This document shows, one piece after another, positions 21,170-29,966 of a DNA stretch of 64,000 nucleotides. Every line of letters starts with the position of its first letter. The stretch's first letter is position 1. The DNA lies in the IMG/VR virus record IMGVR_UViG_2882253857_000001, positions 8,239 through 72,238 of that record; one strand, written 5' to 3'. Under the pieces are notes generated by a model that was given only the letters and a program-made list of their open reading frames with translations, was not told the origin of the DNA and searched no databases. The stretch comes from a virus. Taxonomy: Duplodnaviria; Caudoviricetes. The position numbers and the translations under genes are program-made.

Positions 21170-21484
21170 TTATTGATTCAGTTTCTTCTTAACATAAATA
21201 GCCCCAGCAGCTTGCTTCATTTCAGTCCATGACTTGAATTTTGTGTATTCAAGCACGTATTCATCTAGTTTTGACTCATCGATGCTTTCAAAATCTTCTT
21301 GAGTTTTGATTTGGAAAGGACTGTTATCAAAAAATTCCGTTATGTTGCTGAAACTTGTATTAGCAGACATGAAATCAGCGTTGAATAATTCTTCAAACTT
21401 AACTTCACCATCAACTTGCTTTTTGATATTTTCTGTTATTCTTTTTAGTTGCTTCTCTAGATCGTTCAAACCAGTAATTTTCAT
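21170..21484 (-). CDS. Hypothetical protein (moron between terL and portal)
   Basis: Own RBS AGGAGGTG, AT-rich, followed by a hairpin terminator. Confidence 0.75.
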   Translation of the reverse strand: MKITGLNDLEKQLKRITENIKKQVDGEVKFEELFNADFMSANTSFSNITEFFDNSPFQIKTQEDFESIDESKLDEYVLEYTKFKSWTEMKQAAGAIYVKKKLNQ

Positions 21485-21531
21485 GTGTATCACCTCCTGC
21501 TACTATGTTCGACATATGTTAACAAAAACCT

Positions 21532-22953
21532 TTAGGATGTTATCGAACCAAAAGCGAATCCAGTATCAGTTTTACGATCATTATAAATAGCGTATCGCTT
21601 TGAGTCTTGTGTATGATTATTCTTGTCTTCTGGAGTTTCAGAGTGCTGCCCATCTCTATTTTCTTTCCATTTATAGTTTTCAGTTTCTTTGATCTCATTT
21701 TTACATTCGCGATTAACGTACAAATTTGGTCTGCCGGTTCCTGATTTTACCTTATACAGACTTGCAACTTCCTTGATACCGGGGCCTATAGCATTATCCG
21801 CTTCCTTAACTGGTAAATCATACTTTCTATACGTACTAATGTATTCCGGTTCTGAAGGATCGGCCCATATTTCATCAAAATGATATTTGGAATCAAACTC
21901 CTTGTAACGCTTAACCAAACAATCTTCTAGTTTTCCGTTATCATCTACAACCAGGACATTTATATGCTGGACATATGATTCTTCTACAATGTAATAATCT
22001 TCATCAGTACAGCCTATAACAAGCAACACGGCAGGATCGTTCCATCCATGGTCCATCCCTCCGATAAATCTATTGAATATAATGTCCTTCTGTTCTCCGT
22101 TAGCATAGGTTACTTCATACAAGTTCATTCCGGCATCAATGCATTTCATAGATACTAAATGGACATCACGCCTAAATTCATCATAAACTTGACCATGAAA
22201 CACGTTAAACTTCGCGTATATTTCGCGCTGAACATACCTATCTGGATAGGTTTCAATCATTCGTTGAATGTTTCTTTGTAACTCTGGGATCGGGTTATCA
22301 ATAGAGGTCCAGTAGAAGTTTCGCCACTCTGGATCATTTTGATATTGTTCATCTTCTAATCCAGCATCGATCCATTGCCCCTTAAGAACGATTTCTTCTG
22401 CGAACCAGTTAATACCCTCCGGAGTAGTAGTCCATACGCTCCAACCGCCTTTATCTGCCAATGCATAGGCTAAATAACCAGACCAAGTTTCTGCTTTCAT
22501 CTTGGACGCTTCATCCAACCAAACGCCATCTAACCCCTTACCTACGAGCGATTTTGGTTTATCTGCTGATTTAAATTGAATAAGGACCCATCCTTTTAAC
22601 CATACACGGTTTTTGGACAGGTCCCATGATTCAATCATTTCTTCGGGTAATACATCTGATAATTCTTCTTGTTGGATTTCTGACATAGCATATGTTGGAG
22701 AAATACACCAATATTCAAGTCGAGGTTTAGGCTTCTTCATCTTCTTCAGGTTTTTAGGTGGTCGATAGGGAAGTCCTTTTCCGTGTTCAATATCATCAAG
22801 AATATTATCGAAGAACTTGCGCGCCCCAACATTCGTTTTTCCTCCGCGTCGCCCACAATTCAGAACGTTATTACGCGCTCTGCTTTCCATAACCTCAATT
22901 TGCTTGTCGTGAGGTTTCCAATCGGCAAAGGGATCAACTTCAACAAGCGTCAT
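21532..22953 (-). CDS. terL: Terminase large subunit
   Basis: Walker A GRRGGKT, Walker B VWLDEA, nuclease GMDHGWND and NHTQDSKRY. Confidence 0.93.
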   Translation of the reverse strand: MTLVEVDPFADWKPHDKQIEVMESRARNNVLNCGRRGGKTNVGARKFFDNILDDIEHGKGLPYRPPKNLKKMKKPKPRLEYWCISPTYAMSEIQQEELSDVLPEEMIESWDLSKNRVWLKGWVLIQFKSADKPKSLVGKGLDGVWLDEASKMKAETWSGYLAYALADKGGWSVWTTTPEGINWFAEEIVLKGQWIDAGLEDEQYQNDPEWRNFYWTSIDNPIPELQRNIQRMIETYPDRYVQREIYAKFNVFHGQVYDEFRRDVHLVSMKCIDAGMNLYEVTYANGEQKDIIFNRFIGGMDHGWNDPAVLLVIGCTDEDYYIVEESYVQHINVLVVDDNGKLEDCLVKRYKEFDSKYHFDEIWADPSEPEYISTYRKYDLPVKEADNAIGPGIKEVASLYKVKSGTGRPNLYVNRECKNEIKETENYKWKENRDGQHSETPEDKNNHTQDSKRYAIYNDRKTDTGFAFGSITS

Positions 22954-23744
22954 TTAGACCACCTTCTTACAACAACCTCTGTAGGTTTATCTTCTTCATC
23001 CTCTAATTTGGAACGCTCCAATTCAAATTTTTGTTGATCTTTCTCATCAAGAATTCGAAGCGTCTGGCGTTGAGCCTTCTGAATTTTTTCGAATGAATTC
23101 ACAACATTGACCAACTTAGCATCATTCAAAGCATCTACGGTTTCCACGATGATCTTTTCATCAAATTCACCCGGACCGTATCCGGTACGTAATTTTTCAA
23201 CTACCTTATAAAATTCGCGGTCGTCGTTGATTGCATCCTCAACGATTTTGAGAAGCTTGTCAGAGATGCGTAAATGTCGTGCTGTTGCTCGCGCAATGTC
23301 GTTACTCAATAGATGTGTTGTAATTTCAGCACTTTTTTCCTTCACACCCTCTGTATGCTTTCTTCGCTTCTCCACCCAATTATGTTCTGCTGAATATTTC
23401 ATTATAGAACTAGAACTGATTCCGTATTTTTTTGCAAGCTGCTCCAATGTCCAACCTTTTTTTCTGATATCAGTGACATAATCATTTTCAATTTCCGCCC
23501 AAGATATTCCTTCTAGCTCCGTTCCGTTTGATTCGGAACGTTCCGTATTTATTGGAGCGTTCTTTTCTTCAGATTGGAACGTTCCGTTCCGTTGGTCATC
23601 CCATTTATCTTTAGCCTTCCATCCTCTAATCGTTCCATCTGCAACGCCTAGCTGTGTGGCGATGTCAATTAGACTGATTTCGCCATTAGAGGATAAGTAT
23701 ATTTCTTTTGCTTTATCTCTATTAGGATCTCTTTGACGGCCCAT
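22950..23744 (-). CDS. terS: Terminase small subunit
   Basis: MGRQRDPNRDKA...IRGWKAKDKW HTH; overlaps terL start. Confidence 0.85.
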   Translation of the reverse strand: MGRQRDPNRDKAKEIYLSSNGEISLIDIATQLGVADGTIRGWKAKDKWDDQRNGTFQSEEKNAPINTERSESNGTELEGISWAEIENDYVTDIRKKGWTLEQLAKKYGISSSSIMKYSAEHNWVEKRRKHTEGVKEKSAEITTHLLSNDIARATARHLRISDKLLKIVEDAINDDREFYKVVEKLRTGYGPGEFDEKIIVETVDALNDAKLVNVVNSFEKIQKAQRQTLRILDEKDQQKFELERSKLEDEEDKPTEVVVRRWSK

Positions 23745-23864
23745 ATCTTATTGATCACCACCTTGTTATTATTCGGCCCCCGCTGCGCTAAGCTGATTCG
23801 GTCGATTCGGGGGCCTTCGGCCAATTACATCAGTTTTACGATGGTAAGGTAAATTTTCCTGAGC

Positions 23865-23890
23865 AAAGAAAAAGCCGCCTATTGGCGACT
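23865..23890 (-). terminator. Terminator upstream of terS
   Basis: AGTCGCC-AATA-GGCGGCT followed by TTTTCTTT on minus strand. Confidence 0.6.
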
Positions 23891-24234
23891 GAACCACTTC
23901 AACTTCTCTTCTTCATTCAATTCCTCTTCGATCTCTTTTTCGTACTCTTCCAAGTCTTTGATGGCTTCCTGATGCACCCTGTATGCCTCATCGCTATTAA
24001 AGCTATTCTTAGCAAACCACATTAAACGTTCTTTCATGAATGCATTGAGTCGTTTTAACTTCTCTTTTTTCTTTATCCACTATATCACCTCAAGTGTATT
24101 TTAAATTATGTACGCCGACACTTATTTACGCGGTCGGCAGCGCCCAGGATCTCACTCTTTAACCGTTCTGGTCACGGCCTGTTAAGGGAGGAGTGGATAA
24201 CAAGAGTGGAGTAACGAATATGTTAAGGTTAGAA

Positions 24235-24408
24235 TTACCTGTGTTGAATGTGATCTAATGAGTATTGTTTGGTGCAATTAAAAAATCTTACTTTCACGAC
24301 TTTTATGCCGTCCATCGTTTTCCGATTCACACTGATAATCTCGCCGTATTCATGTGTAATCTTGTTACCCTTCTGGAATCCGAACTGTCGTTTATCTCCA
24401 ACTTTCAT
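24235..24408 (-). CDS. Small hypothetical protein (57 aa), not in ORF track
   Basis: RBS GAGGTG; MKVGDKRQFGFQKG...DHIQHR. Confidence 0.6.
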   Translation of the reverse strand: MKVGDKRQFGFQKGNKITHEYGEIISVNRKTMDGIKVVKVRFFNCTKQYSLDHIQHR

Positions 24409-24526
24409 TCGATCACCTCACGGGTATAATTAAGCGGTAATTATACGGATACCGCCAATCCGTCCGGTTCAGGCTTTTTGTGGAGGGAAAACAGCACCAG
24501 CCAACGCGAAACCCTCACAGTAATAA

Positions 24527-24650
24527 GATGTGGGCAAGGATTTGCACCTTGCACGATGCTCTACCTTATCCGAGTGATCAAACCGCTATGTCGCGACCAT
24601 AACGGTTGGAGCATCCACTCGCCAGCGTCTACCTATTCCGCCACCACATC
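24527..24650 (-). ncRNA. tRNA-like RNA with expanded, pseudoknotted anticodon region
   Basis: 7-bp acceptor GATGTGG/CCACATC, D arm GCG-GAATAGGTAGA-CGC, T arm GCAAGG-TGCAAAT-CCTTGC. Confidence 0.7.
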
Positions 24651-24675
24651 ATTCAATATTCTTATTTCATGTTTT

Positions 24676-24712
24676 ATTATAAATCCTATTCAATACGTTA
24701 TCGCTACGGATT
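24676..24712 (-). promoter_or_regulatory. Probable activator-dependent late promoter
   Basis: AATCCGTAG-N6-CGTA...GAATAGG then TATAAT just past the activator stop; motif recurs at 31375-31403. Confidence 0.55.
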
Positions 24713-24721
24713 ATCAGGTCG

Positions 24722-25360
24722 TTAGCTCGCTCCGGGCAATCGTAATCCTATTTCTCCTTCTTCGCTGCGCCCATTTCCATAGGTGATTATCACACAATCC
24801 AAAGTGCGATTGATCTTAAGGCTGTTTGCTAAGTTAGAAATAGCTTTGCGGCGCTTGTCTGCGAATGTTGTCGCGGAGATAGGATAGATATCTTTCCTGT
24901 ACCCTTTGCTCAAGTATTCCTGAGCTTTGAGATACTTCATGCCATCCAGAAATAGAAGCTTTGCAATCAATCCTTCATGCGGATCTCTCAGGTTATTGAT
25001 TGCGAATTTAATATTATTTGAAATGAAGAGATAGTATTTATAATTGGTATGCCGCTTGTCTTTGAGTACCACGGAATTTGCCGTTACGTCAGCGGTCAGT
25101 TCTTGGCCTGTTTCCCTTTTTCCGGCTGTCCCCTCAGCCGTGAGTAGCTGGTATGCATCCAAGCCGTTCTCGATCTGGCTCAAAGCGAATTCATAGTTCT
25201 TGATGATGTCGATCATGTCAGTGTACTTGCCTAAGAGCCATTTAGTTTTACGAACATCATCGGCATTTATATCATCGAAGAATGTTATTTGAATGATTTT
25301 ATCTGTATCTAATACATCATCGTTAATTTCACTTGATTGCACTTCTTGATGACTGTTCAT
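24722..25360 (-). CDS. Late transcription activator (ArpU/RinA-like)
   Basis: Last early gene before terS; C-terminal sigma-region-4-like helices (TFADKRRKAISNLA). Confidence 0.7.
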   Translation of the reverse strand: MNSHQEVQSSEINDDVLDTDKIIQITFFDDINADDVRKTKWLLGKYTDMIDIIKNYEFALSQIENGLDAYQLLTAEGTAGKRETGQELTADVTANSVVLKDKRHTNYKYYLFISNNIKFAINNLRDPHEGLIAKLLFLDGMKYLKAQEYLSKGYRKDIYPISATTFADKRRKAISNLANSLKINRTLDCVIITYGNGRSEEGEIGLRLPGAS

Positions 25361-25362
25361 GT

Positions 25363-25599
25363 CTACTCCTCCCCTGTAAACCAATCAAATCCTTCTGTCG
25401 GATCAGGGAGATTTAACTCTGCATAGTGTGTAACGTTATTGATTAAAGTAATGCTGTCCTTTTGCTCCCAATATAATTGTGCGTGTTTAACATCAAATAA
25501 AAGTATGGCACTAAATACGCTACCATCTATACGATGTACTAAAAATGCTTTGCCTACTTCTGGCGGATTGTTTTGATTATATATTTTCCAATTAATCAT
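25363..25599 (-). CDS. Hypothetical protein (DUF551-like)
   Basis: INW...PPE...VTHYAE.N.P pattern. Confidence 0.6.
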   Translation of the reverse strand: MINWKIYNQNNPPEVGKAFLVHRIDGSVFSAILLFDVKHAQLYWEQKDSITLINNVTHYAELNLPDPTEGFDWFTGEE

Positions 25600-25663
25600 T
25601 CCTCTTCCTCCCCTAATACAGCTAATAGAGCAGCTTTACAACGTTCTTGTATCTCTTCATGTG

Positions 25664-25789
25664 TCATGCTTCTACCTCCTCAACTGGTTCGTCATAAAAC
25701 CAACCTCCACAACCGTTAATACACTCATAATCCGCAAACTCACTTTCCGACATTTCTTTTCCGCATCCTGGACAAATTGGATTGCTCAC
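25664..25789 (-). CDS. Small Zn-ribbon protein (41 aa), not in ORF track
   Basis: MSNPICPGCGKEM...ECINGCGG; GTGA overlap with the upstream gene. Confidence 0.55.
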   Translation of the reverse strand: MSNPICPGCGKEMSESEFADYECINGCGGWFYDEPVEEVEA

Positions 25790-26127
25790 TTTGTTTCTCC
25801 CTCCTTATCTAAGGGATACAGGGATGATAATAAATCCATTGCCCTGTTCTCACCGTCTGGAATCATCAATAAACCATCATCGATAAGGCTTTCTATTGCT
25901 TCACGTAGTTTCTTTTCCCGAATCTGCAAATTTAGTATTTCGCGCTGTTTCTGCTGATTCACTTCGCATAATTTTTTTGTTTCTTGTAGCCAGTATTCTA
26001 ATGCATATTCAATTGGTTCAGACGGTGCGAACTGACCATGAAACATTGGTTGAATCCCGTTAACAAGCGTTTGAGCAAATTTAAAGTTTTCAACTATCTT
26101 CATATCCTTTTCCCAGTCTCTATCCAT
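25786..26127 (-). CDS. Hypothetical protein
   Basis: Coupled ORF in early operon. Confidence 0.7.
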   Translation of the reverse strand: MDRDWEKDMKIVENFKFAQTLVNGIQPMFHGQFAPSEPIEYALEYWLQETKKLCEVNQQKQREILNLQIREKKLREAIESLIDDGLLMIPDGENRAMDLLSSLYPLDKEGETK

Positions 26128-26266
26128 GGGATATTACCTCCACATCATTCGCAGGAACAACTTGCATATGTCCATGCGGATTGCACTTTGTACATGGCAC
26201 AAGAATATTAGTACCTTCAATGCGCAAATATTGCTTATCGTCACATTTTTCGCATTTGTCAGTCAT
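26120..26266 (-). CDS. Small CxxC protein (48 aa), not in ORF track
   Basis: MTDKCEKC...PCTKCNP; RBS GGAGGT. Confidence 0.6.
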   Translation of the reverse strand: MTDKCEKCDDKQYLRIEGTNILVPCTKCNPHGHMQVVPANDVEVISHG

Positions 26267-26588
26267 GGGATACCTCCAAATCACTTAGATATACCTCGTA
26301 CTCATCTTTGTCCTTTAATGCAGTAACCATCGGTTCACTCATGATTCTTACCCGACCTAAATCGGAATGAATTGCCTTATCTCCCGGCTTTATGGTTGGT
26401 AAGGTGATAGGATCAACATCGAACTTACCTGACTCAATTTGCCTAATAATGTCTGTCAATACTGTTTCACGCCCCAAGTAAAAACGAGTATTCTTTTCGT
26501 TAAACTTCTCCTTGATGCAAAACTCTGCTTCCTTTTTTAAGCATTCCAGTAGCCAATCTGCATCTATTAGTCTTAGTTGTTTATACAT
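26259..26588 (-). CDS. Hypothetical protein
   Basis: RLIDAD N-terminal motif common in phage early genes. Confidence 0.7.
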   Translation of the reverse strand: MYKQLRLIDADWLLECLKKEAEFCIKEKFNEKNTRFYLGRETVLTDIIRQIESGKFDVDPITLPTIKPGDKAIHSDLGRVRIMSEPMVTALKDKDEYEVYLSDLEVSHD

Positions 26589-26594
26589 TACTCT

Positions 26595-26831
26595 CTAACC
26601 TCCCCTAAAACTTGATTCATATAGTGATCCCTGCAAATCTAGTCTGCGTAGATCCTGTAAAAAGTCCTCAATGGCATGTTTGTGGACGGCGTGGTTTTCT
26701 TGCTCCAGTTCATACGCCCCCTTTAGATCGGGATCGGTCGTTGCGTGCTTTAGGCGCCTAGCTTCTTCGTACTTTTCCATGTGTAATCTCAAAAGTTCAG
26801 TATATTTTTCGATTAACTTCTGCTTAGTCAC
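26595..26831 (-). CDS. Hypothetical protein
   Basis: RBS AGGAGGG, operon context. Confidence 0.65.
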   Translation of the reverse strand: MTKQKLIEKYTELLRLHMEKYEEARRLKHATTDPDLKGAYELEQENHAVHKHAIEDFLQDLRRLDLQGSLYESSFRGG

Positions 26832-26879
26832 GCTTTGTATCCCTCCTGGTATGGATAGGAGAGGCGTTTATACCTCTTC

Positions 26880-27074
26880 CTAAGACTTTTTCAATAGGTT
26901 GCTTGCTGATTGTTTTACCACTTCGATTTTTTCTCTGCCTGAAAGATCCGAAAACGCCTCACATACTTCATCTGGTACGCTATCATAATACCCTTCCAGT
27001 TCAACGAGATCAGATAAAAAGTCATATCCAGTATTAGATAGCCAATCTACTACAACCCTTTGATTTTTTGTCAT
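26880..27074 (-). CDS. Hypothetical protein
   Basis: RBS AAGGAG, operon context. Confidence 0.65.
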   Translation of the reverse strand: MTKNQRVVVDWLSNTGYDFLSDLVELEGYYDSVPDEVCEAFSDLSGREKIEVVKQSASNLLKKS

Positions 27075-27208
27075 ATGACTCCTTCCTTTCTAATGCTCCT
27101 TTGTAATAGGACAGAGGCTTGGTTATGCCTCTATCCCGACAATAAAATCTTTATACGGCCCCCGCTTCGCTAGGATTATTCGGTCGCTGTCGATGGCCTT
27201 CGGCCGTT

Positions 27209-27568
27209 TTAAGCGTGTGTAAAATCTCTAGCATCAATCCAGCAATCCTCTGAACCATCGTCCCAAACTACAAGAATTTCATGTTCCATTAGTCCATCTG
27301 GCATTTCATTAGACTTGATATCAATTACAAATCCCGTATCTTCTGAATAATGTCCGCTGTCCTCATAACTGCTTGAAGTCAGCTCAACGCGGTCATTGAT
27401 TCCAAACGGCGGTTCTTGAAGATGCTTGATAGCCTGATTTAAATCACATCTATAGTGTCTGATCGCTTGTTTAATGATGTCTGGAGTATCTGGATTTTCT
27501 GTATCCCACGTATTCAGATCAGAAAGTGTTTTTTTCATTCCGATAATCATGTGATTCATATCTATCAA
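27209..27568 (-). CDS. Hypothetical protein flanked by GATGGCCTTCGGCC direct repeats
   Basis: ORF with RBS; repeats at 27192-27205 and 27587-27600. Confidence 0.7.
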   Translation of the reverse strand: MIDMNHMIIGMKKTLSDLNTWDTENPDTPDIIKQAIRHYRCDLNQAIKHLQEPPFGINDRVELTSSSYEDSGHYSEDTGFVIDIKSNEMPDGLMEHEILVVWDDGSEDCWIDARDFTHA

Positions 27569-27706
27569 TCTCCCTTTGGTTTATTTGATGGCCTTCGGCC
27601 TAGTGCATCATCGCTTACTCTTCTATAGCCGATCGACAAAACCTTACAAAACTAACCTCTATCATTCTGCCGCTGGCCATATTAAAATTGATGCGAGGTG
27701 ATATAA

Positions 27707-27874
27707 ATGAATAACAATATCAAATTCTTGCATGAATTATCTTTATTGGGCGACTCAGGAGTCGACCCATACGAAGAATTCAAACAATCTCTTCTAGCTC
27801 AAGGCGTCAATGAACTTGATGCCACACACGAAACCGCATTATTCATGAATATGGTCTGCGATATGATGGATTAA
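27707..27874 (+). CDS. Small antisense moron (55 aa), not in ORF track
   Basis: RBS GAGGTG; MNNNIKFLHELSLLGDSG...CDMMD; hairpin ATGGGCA/TGCCCAT after the stop. Confidence 0.65.
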   Translation: MNNNIKFLHELSLLGDSGVDPYEEFKQSLLAQGVNELDATHETALFMNMVCDMMD

Positions 27875-27911
27875 TGGGCAATCTGCCCATTCCATCTTCG
27901 CTATCCTAGGG

Positions 27912-28130
27912 CTACTTGCTTACCCTGAATAATCGTTTATGACAACCTGCACAGTATGCGTATTTACCGCCCCTATAGGTCAAGCCTTCATACATTTCTC
28001 CATTCTCTGCTTCTGTGCCATCGAAATTGGAATACGCTCTAGAAGGCCCGCTGACTTGATACTTTTGATAATAAGAACCGCCTCCACAATGTGGACACTC
28101 TTTCATTTGTTTTACATCCTCTATACTCAT
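27912..28130 (-). CDS. Zn-ribbon protein
   Basis: CPHC ... CAGC. Confidence 0.7.
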   Translation of the reverse strand: MSIEDVKQMKECPHCGGGSYYQKYQVSGPSRAYSNFDGTEAENGEMYEGLTYRGGKYAYCAGCHKRLFRVSK

Positions 28131-28498
28131 TCCTTATCAGCCTTTCTCAGTACTCTGTACGCAATGCCTAAAGCGTCACCCATCGCATAGCATTCCGGTA
28201 TTTTTCGGGCATATTTGTCATATAAATCTCTATCTGCAAAGTACAAAGAGTGCCAAATATCACTTCTACCTGAAAGATGTTTTCCAAATAAGTTCTTGCT
28301 ATAATCCATCTGAAATTCCCTATAGTCTGGGTTTCTGAACATTGCCCAAATCTTCCCGATATGTCTCCTGTGATGCCACGCAGCATATGTCTTAATCAGA
28401 AGCATTGCTAACGCCTTGTTATCCTCGCATCTTTCCAACAACTCACTTTTAAATTCGATCCTTGATTGTTTGTATCTTCGCTTTAGGATTTTACTCAT
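28127..28498 (-). CDS. Hypothetical protein
   Basis: Translationally coupled ORF. Confidence 0.7.
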   Translation of the reverse strand: MSKILKRRYKQSRIEFKSELLERCEDNKALAMLLIKTYAAWHHRRHIGKIWAMFRNPDYREFQMDYSKNLFGKHLSGRSDIWHSLYFADRDLYDKYARKIPECYAMGDALGIAYRVLRKADKE

Positions 28499-28962
28499 TC
28501 CTTATCACCTTCCCCTAACGTAGCGTCAATTTCCTTGATAGCATCCTCACCTGTATTAATTACTAAATATGGACTTTCTGCATAGAGCCCTATTCTTTGG
28601 ATGTTGCGCTTTGCTTCTTCTAGTGCTTTACGTAGGCCAGAGCATTCCTCAATCATTTTGCTCAGACGTTCATCACGCCTATCAATCATTCGTCTTAACT
28701 CCGCTGCTTCTTTCTCTTTCTTTAGGTACTGCCGATCTGCATTATCAAATGCTTTTTCCCACTTTTTAGATTGTTCTTCCAACCGTTCTATGGTTGCGTC
28801 CTTCTCGGTAAGCTGCCGCTGAGACTTTTCTGCAATTTCGATCAGCATGATTACATCCTTTGGTTCAAGGCTTAAAACTTCACCAGTGCTTAATAATGCC
28901 CTAAAATCGCTAGTAGCCTGATTCAACGCATTTTTGACTACTTCCCATTCCATTCCTTTCAC
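28495..28962 (-). CDS. Hypothetical coiled-coil protein
   Basis: Coupled ORF with RBS. Confidence 0.7.
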   Translation of the reverse strand: MKGMEWEVVKNALNQATSDFRALLSTGEVLSLEPKDVIMLIEIAEKSQRQLTEKDATIERLEEQSKKWEKAFDNADRQYLKKEKEAAELRRMIDRRDERLSKMIEECSGLRKALEEAKRNIQRIGLYAESPYLVINTGEDAIKEIDATLGEGDKE

Positions 28963-28988
28963 CTCTCCCCTCTATGGGTTTATAGTGT

Positions 28989-29237
28989 TCAGTCAATGTA
29001 ATTTCCGTTTTCATCAAGTTGCATCACGATGTTTTCTTTTCCATCAATCACGACTTCCGCTGTGCCAAGTTCTCTCAAATCTTCGCTTTCATAGCTGTAC
29101 AATTTCCCACGGAGGGTAGTTTGTAATGATTGAGGCTCGAATATCATTTTAGTGCAGATCACAAATTGATAGCAGCTATCTACTTGATATAAAAATGGTA
29201 CTGGCAACTTTACATAACCGTTCATGTGTTTATTCAT
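28989..29237 (-). CDS. Hypothetical protein
   Basis: ORF in operon orientation. Confidence 0.5.
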   Translation of the reverse strand: MNKHMNGYVKLPVPFLYQVDSCYQFVICTKMIFEPQSLQTTLRGKLYSYESEDLRELGTAEVVIDGKENIVMQLDENGNYID

Positions 29238-29276
29238 CCTTTCAGGTGGGATAAAGCCTGTGTCCGGTCTATATTG

Positions 29277-29477
29277 TTACTCATGGGTATTAGCCTCCTT
29301 GTAGATAATGAGGGCCGAACCCCAAAATCGCTGACCAACCAAAGTTGACGCATACTTTATATCAATGATTTCAAATTCGTTCATTTGATTTACGGCACGA
29401 TTCACAGCTTCATCAACTCGACTATATTGATTTTCATATACGGCAATTGTCTTGATTTCGCTCGCTTTACCTAACAT
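29277..29477 (-). CDS. Cse60-like small protein
   Basis: AVN...EIIDIKY.S...SALIIY pattern; RBS AAGGAGG before ATG 29477. Confidence 0.55.
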   Translation of the reverse strand: MLGKASEIKTIAVYENQYSRVDEAVNRAVNQMNEFEIIDIKYASTLVGQRFWGSALIIYKEANTHE

Positions 29478-29552
29478 GTGGATTCCTCCTTGTATTTTCA
29501 TCTGAAAACTAAGATTTAGAAGTTGACTATTCCGCAATCCTACCAAATCGGG

Positions 29553-29966
29553 TTAATTATTTTGTGAATAAATATTCCCAATCAGCTTGGAATCAGCTAT
29601 CCAGTCATAAGCACCGTCGCTTTCAACTAATTCTGACATCCATACATATCCATCTTCGAAAGAGTCTGAGACAAGCACAAAGCCACATATACTGTACTCG
29701 ATCTTACAAGTGATTAATTCATCTTCATATTTAAGTTCAATAATGTCTCCAGACCAAAGTTTGCTATATCCGTTGTCTGTTTCATGGCCATCTTCACATC
29801 CGGTAAACATTCCTGCTGTCTCTTTCTTTATCTCTTGCATCTTAATATGACCGCCGTCATCAAGATAAGATATTGCTAGAGATCCGCTTTTACTGACTTT
29901 TACTAATGAACCAAATATAAATTCATTAGTATCTTTAGGTATCCCTCGAAATTTAGTAGGAATCAA
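29553..29966 (-). CDS. YopX family protein
   Basis: KFRG...GMFTG..D...SGDII...IGNIY. Confidence 0.85.
   Translation of the reverse strand: MIPTKFRGIPKDTNEFIFGSLVKVSKSGSLAISYLDDGGHIKMQEIKKETAGMFTGCEDGHETDNGYSKLWSGDIIELKYEDELITCKIEYSICGFVLVSDSFEDGYVWMSELVESDGAYDWIADSKLIGNIYSQNN

Noticed and set aside
23898-24080. Small gene with RBS and GTG start one base out of frame at an A6 run
   Set aside because: Cannot distinguish decay, sequencing error or use of the ATG at 24037
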